Assembly (NCBI GenBank): GCA_965216465.1
Contig: CBDCFW010000005.1
Coordinates: 672,001-736,000 of the forward strand
From: Bacteroidia bacterium
Lineage (GTDB): Bacteria; Bacteroidota; Bacteroidia; NS11-12g; UBA9320
Direction: 5' to 3'
Length of the DNA: 64,000 bases
Shown here: piece after piece, positions 38,200-45,957 of the stretch
How positions within the stretch are numbered: the stretch's first letter is position 1
Layout of the letters: every line of letters begins with the position of its first letter
Translations under genes and position numbers: made by a program
Notes under the pieces: model-generated
Databases searched by the model: none
What the model saw: the letters and a program-made list of their open reading frames with translations, nothing else
Told to the model about the DNA's origin: nothing

Positions 38200-39771
38200 T
38201 TATTCGATATACACACGTGCTGAATACAAAGCGTTATCAAGAATAGTTTTTAAGAAATATGTACCGCTTGAAACATCGCTCGGAATTGACAATTTTTGAG
38301 CTGACCCTTCCAAATTCCACTCACATACCTTACGTCCATATACATCCCATAACTCTACCGTACTTGGAATTTGTTCTTCGAAATTGATATTCAACTCGGT
38401 CGTTGCTGGGTTAGGATATACAGTCATTTGGTTAGCTGTCATTTGCTTGAAACCAGCAGTTTCTTCATCTTCCCAATGCATTACTCTAGCCACTGTTACA
38501 TTATACGCATCGTGATTTGGCAAAGCCGTTGTTCCTGCAATTACAAGATTGCCATCAGCTTGCATAGCTGCTGATTTAAAGTGAATGTAAGTTGGTGTAA
38601 GACCTAACTCATAGTTTACATCTCCTTTGGTTCCGAAATCAGGGTGCGCTGTTCCTTTTTCAGTAAGTTTCAACACATAAACATCGTCATAACTCTGACC
38701 AGAAAGACTTCCTGTACAAATTATTTGGTCGTCCTTATCAACAAATAGTGAGTTTAAATACACCCCATTCATCGTTCCAATATCTGATCCCATTACACCA
38801 TCGGTTCCAAACGTTTCATCCGGAACTCCTTGAGCACTGAATCTAAAAATCATTCCATTTCTATCTGGGTTTTGCCCTTCAGAACCAATAGCAACAATTC
38901 TTCCTTGGTTGTCGTACTTAACGTCCATAATTGTATTGAGCCCGCTTCCTTCATTATACACGAAGTATCCAGCACCATCAAAAGTTGATGTTTTCAGCCC
39001 AAATTGATTCAATTTTACAATTGCTCCATATTGAATATTGTTAGCGTAAGAAACTCCGCCAATAATGAAACTTCCATCGTCTCCAACATCTAAACTTGTT
39101 ACTTGATCTGATCCTTTAATATCAATAAGGTTACTGCCACTGCTTGCAAAAGAAGTTACCAATGCACCTGAAGCACTAAACTTGAATAAACCAAAGTTGG
39201 TTCCTTCGTCGTCAGTAGAAACTGAAGCAGCGATATAAAATGAATTTTGGAACAATTCAATATCACGTGGTCTGCACGATTTATCATTTCCAGCATTAAA
39301 AAAGGTATATCCTTTCGAGCCTTCACCAAAGCTTTGATCTAACGATCCATCTTTGTTTAGACGCATAATAAAGCCTTTAGTAACTCCATTTTTTAAAGAA
39401 CTTCCAACTAAAATGAGCTTCTCATCCGATAGTTCGAGCATGGCATGAGCTTGATCAGCAGATCCATCTTGAATATCATAAGTCCAATATCCTCCATCAC
39501 CAAAATTCAGGTCAGTTGAACCGTTTGAATTTAATCGGGCTACCAGAATATCATTTCCTCCCGACTGAATAATCGTTCCGCAAAAAACAATTTTGTTGTT
39601 TTGATCAACGATAACGTCATTTAGGTACTCTGCACTATCATCTTCGAAATTGGTGTAAGCAAAGCCGTCGGAGCCAAAGCTGTTGTCAATATCTCCAAGT
39701 TCTTGAGCAGATAACGAAGCGGCACCGATCATTATCAGAAAGGCAAATGTTAGTTGTAATAATTTGTTCAT
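38200..39771 (-). CDS. Delta-60 repeat (beta-propeller) T9SS cargo protein
   Basis: Repeated RLNxxGSxDxxFG and DGxLVIAG; VYPNPA CTD. Confidence 0.9.
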   Translation of the reverse strand: MNKLLQLTFAFLIMIGAASLSAQELGDIDNSFGSDGFAYTNFEDDSAEYLNDVIVDQNNKIVFCGTIIQSGGNDILVARLNSNGSTDLNFGDGGYWTYDIQDGSADQAHAMLELSDEKLILVGSSLKNGVTKGFIMRLNKDGSLDQSFGEGSKGYTFFNAGNDKSCRPRDIELFQNSFYIAASVSTDDEGTNFGLFKFSASGALVTSFASSGSNLIDIKGSDQVTSLDVGDDGSFIIGGVSYANNIQYGAIVKLNQFGLKTSTFDGAGYFVYNEGSGLNTIMDVKYDNQGRIVAIGSEGQNPDRNGMIFRFSAQGVPDETFGTDGVMGSDIGTMNGVYLNSLFVDKDDQIICTGSLSGQSYDDVYVLKLTEKGTAHPDFGTKGDVNYELGLTPTYIHFKSAAMQADGNLVIAGTTALPNHDAYNVTVARVMHWEDEETAGFKQMTANQMTVYPNPATTELNINFEEQIPSTVELWDVYGRKVCEWNLEGSAQKLSIPSDVSSGTYFLKTILDNALYSARVYIE

Positions 39772-39799
39772 GATGTTTATTTTTAAGTTAATTTCTCCT

Positions 39800-39870
39800 C
39801 AAAAATTGACTTCCCTTTGCGCGTTAACAATCAAAAGTTGGCCAACAGAACCTAGAATCAAGTGAAATGC
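39800..39870 (-). promoter_or_regulatory. LytTR-type regulated promoter A
   Basis: Aligns without gaps to 42631-42701: TTCACTT, TCWGTTGRCCAA, TWGTTA and TTTG at identical offsets. Confidence 0.7.
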
Positions 39871-39955
39871 ATTTTTCTAAGGGTAAAAGGAAGAATTACT
39901 GGGTTAAACTCCTCAAATTTCAAGATTTGAATAAATCGAATGATTAAATTTGTTC

Positions 39956-41890
39956 ATGCCCATTGCTAGGATAGCCACACTATTTCTGTTCATTATCAGC
40001 GGATTACACGCTGTTTTTGCACAAGAAAATCCACAGGAAATAATCAATCGAGGTGTTGAAGACACGCTTACGGTTCAAGCCTATGTACAACTTAGTGTAA
40101 AGTCATTAAGTAAAAGCTACGACTCATCGTTGTTTTATGCTCAAAAAGGAAAAGAAATTGCACAACGCATAGACGACCAAAAAGGATATCGTGCCAGCCT
40201 AATGCGTATGGGAAATGCCTACATGTTTAAAGCGGAATACGACAGTGCTCATAATACCTATATGGAAGTTTTAGCCCTGAACGAATCAATGGGCGATTTT
40301 CTTGAAATGGGTAAGGTATATAATAACCTAGGGTTAATGTATCGCTATAAAGCCGACTATCCTACATCGCTAGAATACTTCATAAAATCACTTGAGTTTA
40401 AACGGAAGTATGGAACAGACATTGACGTTGGAGTTGGCTACCAAAATATTGGAATTGTGTTTGCCATTCAACGTGAATATGAAACGGCTGAAAAATACTT
40501 GCTTGACGGCCTTGAATTGTTTCGAAAAGGTGGAGATTCAACAAAGTACCACTCTGCATTGATAGATGTAAGCTCGATGATGCGTGAACAGGGTAAAATG
40601 GAGGAAGCCATCCAAGCTCTTAAAGAAGCATACGAATACAATCGCCGAAGAGAAAACACTACACAAATGGGCATTTGCATCTATAACATGGCTTTTACCA
40701 GCTACTTAGATGATGACTATACTGCTGCAATCAACTACTACCTTCAAGCAAAAGATATTTTTGTGCAGTTAGGTAATAGAGTTCGAATAACCGGTTGCAA
40801 CATAAGGTTGACGATTTGTTATAAGGAGACCGGACAACTCAAAAAAGCAGAACGAGTAGCACGAGAAGGCCTCGAGATTTTCAGTGAATTAAACTCTCCT
40901 GTTCAGCAATACACATTACAAGAAAGTCTTGCTGATGTACTAGCAGCTCAGGGAAAATATAAAGAAGCTTATTCGTATCGCGTGAAGCACGATCATCTCA
41001 AAGACAGTATTACAAGCGAAGAGCATCAAATTAAAATCGCTGAGATGCAAGCGAAACATGAAAATGAGGTTGACAAAAGAAAAATTGCAGAGTTAACTGC
41101 TGAGAACAAACAGAATCAGCTTCAAGCTCGTAAAAAAGAAGTTCAAACCTATATTCTTTACGGAGCCGTTTTGCTTATATTAATTTTAGCCATAATGTTC
41201 TACTTCTTGGCTGTAAATAAGAAGAAGGCTAATGATGCACTCCGAGAGAAAAACAAGGTAATTGAACATTCGTTAGACGAAAAAGAAGTCTTGCTTCGTG
41301 AGATTTATCATCGTGTGCAAAACAACTTACAGTTCGTTTCTAGCTTGCTGAATCTGCAAAGTAGAAGAGTCGAAGACGAAGGAACCAAAAACGTGCTCAA
41401 AGAGTGTAAACTTCGGGTCCAATCAATGGCTTTAATTCATCAACGTTTGTACAAAGAAGAAAGTTTAAAAGGCATAAGCTTTGAAAACTACATCAAGAAT
41501 TTGGTTCAATCACTTCAAGAGTCCTATCAAATTGAAGAAGGTCGTATAGCCACCGTGTTTGAAATAGACGACATCTTAATGGATATCGACACAGCCATCC
41601 CTATGGGGCTGATACTGAATGAATTGATTACGAATGCCTACAAATATGCCTTCCCCGATTTTTCAAAAGGAGAGCTTCAAATTCGTTTAAAACAAGAAGA
41701 TGGTCTAACTTTGAGTGTAGCTGATAATGGCATTGGCTTGCGAGAAGATTTCGACATCAATAAAAGCAACTCGTTTGGGTTAAAGTTGGTGCGATCACTT
41801 GCCAAAAAGCTAAACGCTGATGTACAATTTTCTAGCGAAGGGGGAACACAAGTTAAACTTATTATTAAAGAAAATAATCTGGCTCAATGA
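39956..41890 (+). CDS. TPR-sensor histidine kinase (HisKA_2 type)
   Basis: TPR repeats, TM segment, EIYHRVQNNLQ, NELITNAYKYAF, DNGIG, SFGLKLV. Confidence 0.9.
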   Translation: MPIARIATLFLFIISGLHAVFAQENPQEIINRGVEDTLTVQAYVQLSVKSLSKSYDSSLFYAQKGKEIAQRIDDQKGYRASLMRMGNAYMFKAEYDSAHNTYMEVLALNESMGDFLEMGKVYNNLGLMYRYKADYPTSLEYFIKSLEFKRKYGTDIDVGVGYQNIGIVFAIQREYETAEKYLLDGLELFRKGGDSTKYHSALIDVSSMMREQGKMEEAIQALKEAYEYNRRRENTTQMGICIYNMAFTSYLDDDYTAAINYYLQAKDIFVQLGNRVRITGCNIRLTICYKETGQLKKAERVAREGLEIFSELNSPVQQYTLQESLADVLAAQGKYKEAYSYRVKHDHLKDSITSEEHQIKIAEMQAKHENEVDKRKIAELTAENKQNQLQARKKEVQTYILYGAVLLILILAIMFYFLAVNKKKANDALREKNKVIEHSLDEKEVLLREIYHRVQNNLQFVSSLLNLQSRRVEDEGTKNVLKECKLRVQSMALIHQRLYKEESLKGISFENYIKNLVQSLQESYQIEEGRIATVFEIDDILMDIDTAIPMGLILNELITNAYKYAFPDFSKGELQIRLKQEDGLTLSVADNGIGLREDFDINKSNSFGLKLVRSLAKKLNADVQFSSEGGTQVKLIIKENNLAQ

Positions 41891-42609
41891 AAAGCGATAT
41901 TAAGATACTAATTGTCGAGGATGATCCAATCATTGCAGAGGATCTGCAAGCATATATGGATGACTTTGGGTACATCGGCTTAGAGCCAGCGAGCAGTGCA
42001 GACGAGGCATTAAAGCGAATCAAGCAAGAACAACCCGACTTGTGTTTGCTCGATGTACATCTAGCGGGCGAAATAAACGGCATTCAACTGGCCAAATTAA
42101 TTCAAGCCGAATGGAATATTCCGTTCATCTTTTTAACGGCATTCAATGATCGATCAACCATAGATCAAATTAAGCAAATTGGACCCGCTGCCTACTTGGT
42201 TAAACCGGTTGAAGAACGCAATCTGCAAACAGCAATTGAGCTTGCTTTGGCCAAAAGAGAAGAGCAAGCTGAAGTAGCGGAAGAACTACATCATGCCCAG
42301 GATGCAATTTTCATTAAAATTAAAGATCAGCTGGTAAAATTTGAATTCTCAGATATCCTTTACTTTGAGGCTTATGACAACTATGCATTTCTTCACACCT
42401 CAAAGAAAAAGCATATTCTCAGCTCGTCATTAAAGCAATTAGAAGACAAACTTCCCAATCGCTTATTCTTACGTTCACACCGCTCATACATCATTAATCT
42501 GAGTAAGGTAACACGCATTTTTACCAACTACCTGACCATAGGCACTGTTGAAATCCCAATAGGCAAAAAGTACAGATCAATCCTATTAGAGCACATCGAT
42601 ACCCTCTAA
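41887..42609 (+). CDS. REC-LytTR response regulator
   Basis: ILIVEDD, LLDV, KP; YFEAYDNY, FLRSHRSYIINL. Confidence 0.95.
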   Translation: MKSDIKILIVEDDPIIAEDLQAYMDDFGYIGLEPASSADEALKRIKQEQPDLCLLDVHLAGEINGIQLAKLIQAEWNIPFIFLTAFNDRSTIDQIKQIGPAAYLVKPVEERNLQTAIELALAKREEQAEVAEELHHAQDAIFIKIKDQLVKFEFSDILYFEAYDNYAFLHTSKKKHILSSSLKQLEDKLPNRLFLRSHRSYIINLSKVTRIFTNYLTIGTVEIPIGKKYRSILLEHIDTL

Positions 42610-42630
42610 ATTGTTCGCACGATTTATTAT

Positions 42631-42701
42631 TTCATTCACTTAGATTTTTAGTCAGTTGACCAAAATTCGCTAGTTACTCTCTTAGTAAGGGCTAAGCTTT
42701 G
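42631..42701 (+). promoter_or_regulatory. LytTR-type regulated promoter B
   Basis: Gap-free match to 39870-39800. Confidence 0.7.
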
Positions 42702-42746
42702 TTGTATAAAACAAAACCTCGAATACAACAATTATCCTAACCATAT

Positions 42747-42804
42747 TAACCCCCTAACCCCCTAACCCCCTAACCTCCACCCACTAACCCCACCATTGAC
42801 CCCC
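42747..42804 (+). repeat. Telomere-like C-rich tandem repeat (TAACCCCC)x3 plus degenerate copies
   Basis: Perfect copies at 42747, 42755, 42763; degenerate TAACCTCC, TAACCCC and TGACCCCC, ending at ATG 42805. Confidence 0.95.
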
Positions 42805-43068
42805 ATGAGAGTAGCATCATTGAGAATAACGCCGAATCCAGCTCCAAAAGGTAGTGAGGTAACTGTAAGCTTATTTAATGAGTTTCAGGAAGAACTCTTA
42901 CTTGAGCTTTGCGATTACAGAGGATCTGTAGTCAATGCCTTGGGTTCGTCAAACGATCGAGTTGTGATCAAACATCTTGAAACCCGAGGTATAAAACCTG
43001 GAACCTATATACTCCGAATTAGCGGAAAGCGAATTCGAATAAATCACAAATTTCAAATCAACTTTTAA
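42805..43068 (+). CDS. Stand-alone T9SS type-A CTD protein (87 aa, no signal peptide)
   Basis: LRITPNPA...VTVSL...LELCDYRGSVV...LETRGIKPGTYILRI...KFQI covers the whole CTD pattern; in-frame TAA at 42763 blocks N-terminal extension. Confidence 0.75.
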   Translation: MRVASLRITPNPAPKGSEVTVSLFNEFQEELLLELCDYRGSVVNALGSSNDRVVIKHLETRGIKPGTYILRISGKRIRINHKFQINF

Positions 43069-43080
43069 ATCTTATAAAAA

Positions 43081-44250
43081 ATGAAACACTTAAAAACATT
43101 AAGTATGGCACTCGCTATTTTTCTACTTGTATTTACGCAGAGTGCGTGTCAGGATGGCCTTTCTGAACTGGGAGTAAATCAAGATCTTCCCACTTTTGAT
43201 ATGGATGCATTCGAGCAAAACATTCAAGACTATGTAAATTTCGGTGGCGACCAACCTGTTGGGTGGGCATATGTAATCAGCAAAGATGGACTCTTATCTC
43301 GATGGGGATCATTTGGTGACGCAAGAACAGCTGCAGATAATCAAGTAGATTTTACTTTAAACAAGGAAATCAATATTGCGAGTATTTCAAAGTTTTATAC
43401 TGCAATTGGTGCACTTCAACTTATTGAAGCTAATGGATTAACGATCAACAGTAAAATTGGACCATGGTTGCCAAACTCGTGGTCTCAAGGGCCAGGAGTG
43501 AGCAATTTAAGTTTTAAGGATTTGCTTAAACACGAATCAGGATTAAATTCAATCAACACCCGTTTTGATTCTACACTTGGATACACCGGGCTTAGATCGT
43601 GTATAGCTGGTGGTGTTGTGAACCCAAAAACACGCACTTATCTCAATGTAAACTTCGCTTTATTTCGAGTATTGATTCCATCGCTGTGGGCAGAAGCTGG
43701 AGGACCAAACACTATCGACATAGAAAATGATCAAAACACACAAATTGCCTATCTGTGGTATATGCAACAGCATGTATTTGGACCCATTGGACTAACTTAT
43801 GTTAATTGTTCTCCTGAAGACCGAAACACTGCGACCTTGTATTACAACGTGAGTGACCCACAGAACAACACAAACGGCACTTTCTACAACCACTGGTCAA
43901 ACAAAAGTGGTGGTGGAGGATATTTTATGACACCATTAGAAATTGCGGCTGTAAATGCTTATTTCAACAATACCAATGTTTTGCTATCAGATGAAATGAC
44001 TGACTTGATGAAAGAGCATCGTATGGGAATGGATGTTGCCTCTGGAATGGAAGAACATGGTGAATACTATGGTAAAGGAGGTTCTATTTCAAACACTCCA
44101 GGACAAGGCATCTTAGGTCAAATTGCGGTCTTTCCAATTAACGGAGTTGAATGCACGGTAATCATGAATACGCAAGGAGTGAATTTGGATGCTCCGAACA
44201 ATTCGCTATCAGCACTCATTTACAAAGCTTATAATAACGCATGGGACTAG
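43081..44250 (+). CDS. Lipoprotein serine hydrolase (beta-lactamase family)
   Basis: Lipobox QSAC; IASISK (SxxK), LLKHESG, YLN (YxN), GKGG. Confidence 0.9.
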   Translation: MKHLKTLSMALAIFLLVFTQSACQDGLSELGVNQDLPTFDMDAFEQNIQDYVNFGGDQPVGWAYVISKDGLLSRWGSFGDARTAADNQVDFTLNKEINIASISKFYTAIGALQLIEANGLTINSKIGPWLPNSWSQGPGVSNLSFKDLLKHESGLNSINTRFDSTLGYTGLRSCIAGGVVNPKTRTYLNVNFALFRVLIPSLWAEAGGPNTIDIENDQNTQIAYLWYMQQHVFGPIGLTYVNCSPEDRNTATLYYNVSDPQNNTNGTFYNHWSNKSGGGGYFMTPLEIAAVNAYFNNTNVLLSDEMTDLMKEHRMGMDVASGMEEHGEYYGKGGSISNTPGQGILGQIAVFPINGVECTVIMNTQGVNLDAPNNSLSALIYKAYNNAWD

Positions 44251-44297
44251 CCACTTCGCAACTAACCTTAATAACCATTACTAGCCCCTAACCCCTC

Positions 44298-44325
44298 AAA
44301 GGCCCGAACTAATCGGGTCTTTTTT
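44298..44325 (+). terminator. Intrinsic terminator
   Basis: GGCCCGA-ACTAA-TCGGGTC followed by T6. Confidence 0.8.
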
Positions 44326-44474
44326 ATTATGGCTTTTTTTAGAATTTGTCAAAAACATTCACCCTCAAAAATTAGCTATTCCCGTAGTTCTGCCTCCCCT
44401 TCGCCATATACTTCTAGTAACTTCTACTAAGGCTCCCAATATTTGTTTCCAACAATAACTTAACCGAATAAGTC

Positions 44475-45929
44475 ATGTCGATCAAGAAAATAACCGCCGT
44501 CTATCTTTTCTGTATGGGAATACTCTTTCCTTTTACGACTACAGCCCAAGATACCATGCAAATTCACCTAAACTCTGGATTTCATGCACATGAAAATGCC
44601 AAGATTGGATTGTTTGGAAGCTTGATCAATGATGACCACTTGACATCTACAAATCAGCAAATTGAAGGACAGCTTTATTTGGTTTCAAACAGTAATCAAC
44701 TATTAGGTGGAGATTCTTCAATTCTCGTTGACACTTTAGTTGTTAAAAATTCGAACGGCGTTGAAGTGCAGCTTGAATTAATGGTGGCTTCAGAAGTTCA
44801 GTTTGAGGCTGGTAATTTGGAAACGAATCGAGTGGATAGCAGCACTGAGTTTGTACATTTCTTAGATAACGCCAGTTATTCAGGTGAATCAGACAACAAA
44901 CATGTGAACGGAACGGTTCGAAAAACGGGTGATGATGCGTTCATATTCCCTATTGGAAATGGAAACTACATTCAACCTATCGCAATATCATCTCCAGCTC
45001 AACAAAACGACCACTTCACCGCATTCTATCGTCAGGAAAATGCAAGCTCGATAGGATATTCAACCAGTTCAATTGACTCCAATTGCGGCGGATCTCCTGT
45101 AGTGGTAGATGTAAGCGAAAATGAGTACTGGAATCTTGAACGTACCGGAGGAAACTCAAATGTTGAAGTAACATTATATTATGACAACCATAGCAGCGTA
45201 AACACACCTTCTGAATTGGTGGTGATGAGTTGGAACGGAAGCGAATGGCAATCTCATGGAAATGGAGGCACAACTGGCACCAATTTAGATGGGACTGTAA
45301 TATCGGGAACAGGATGTGGGACATCAGGTACTGCATCAACGGTCAGCATTTTTGGTCCATTTACTTTAGGTGGAACCTCTGCCACAGCAGTCCCTGTTGA
45401 ACTTATTCTTTTTGAAGTTGCCAAATACAACAATACAAAGTCGCTGCTAACATGGGCCACTGCTTCAGAAATAGAAAACAGCCACTTTGTGATTGAGCAA
45501 AGCCATGATGGAATACAATTTAGTGAACTGGGCATCGTACAAGGTGCCGGTTACTCGAATCAAATCATCAATTACAGTTTCATAGACCATCAGCCTGAAG
45601 AAGGAATTAACTACTATAGACTGAAACAAGTGGACTTCAGTGGTGCGTATGAATACACCGAAATTAGAAGTTTGCTTTTCGAAAACGGAAGCGGTTTGGT
45701 AACAGCTTACCCCAACCCTGCTCGTGAACATGTAACCGTTGATGTTTCTACAATTTCTCAAAGAGGAGAGGCTCTACAGCTTGAGGTGTATAACCAACTG
45801 GGAGCCCTGATTTCATCAACCAATGTTCCAGAGTCTGCGAACAAATTCAACTTGGATTTAACCGGCTGGAATTCTGGCATATATCACATAAGAATTAACA
45901 ACCAAACCATTAAAATTATAAAGAATTAA
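44475..45929 (+). CDS. T9SS type-A cargo protein
   Basis: Signal peptide; HVNGTVRKTGDDAFIFPIG, EYWNLER; VPVEL...WATASE...YYRLKQVDF; AYPNPA CTD. Confidence 0.9.
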   Translation: MSIKKITAVYLFCMGILFPFTTTAQDTMQIHLNSGFHAHENAKIGLFGSLINDDHLTSTNQQIEGQLYLVSNSNQLLGGDSSILVDTLVVKNSNGVEVQLELMVASEVQFEAGNLETNRVDSSTEFVHFLDNASYSGESDNKHVNGTVRKTGDDAFIFPIGNGNYIQPIAISSPAQQNDHFTAFYRQENASSIGYSTSSIDSNCGGSPVVVDVSENEYWNLERTGGNSNVEVTLYYDNHSSVNTPSELVVMSWNGSEWQSHGNGGTTGTNLDGTVISGTGCGTSGTASTVSIFGPFTLGGTSATAVPVELILFEVAKYNNTKSLLTWATASEIENSHFVIEQSHDGIQFSELGIVQGAGYSNQIINYSFIDHQPEEGINYYRLKQVDFSGAYEYTEIRSLLFENGSGLVTAYPNPAREHVTVDVSTISQRGEALQLEVYNQLGALISSTNVPESANKFNLDLTGWNSGIYHIRINNQTIKIIKN

Positions 45930-45957
45930 ATCATACCAAATCAATAAAAACATCATC

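Noticed and set aside
42747-42804. C-rich repeat as a CRISPR array, true telomere or eukaryotic contamination
   Set aside because: No spacers or cas genes; the unit is 8 bp rather than TTAGGG; it is embedded in coherent bacterial promoter-gene context
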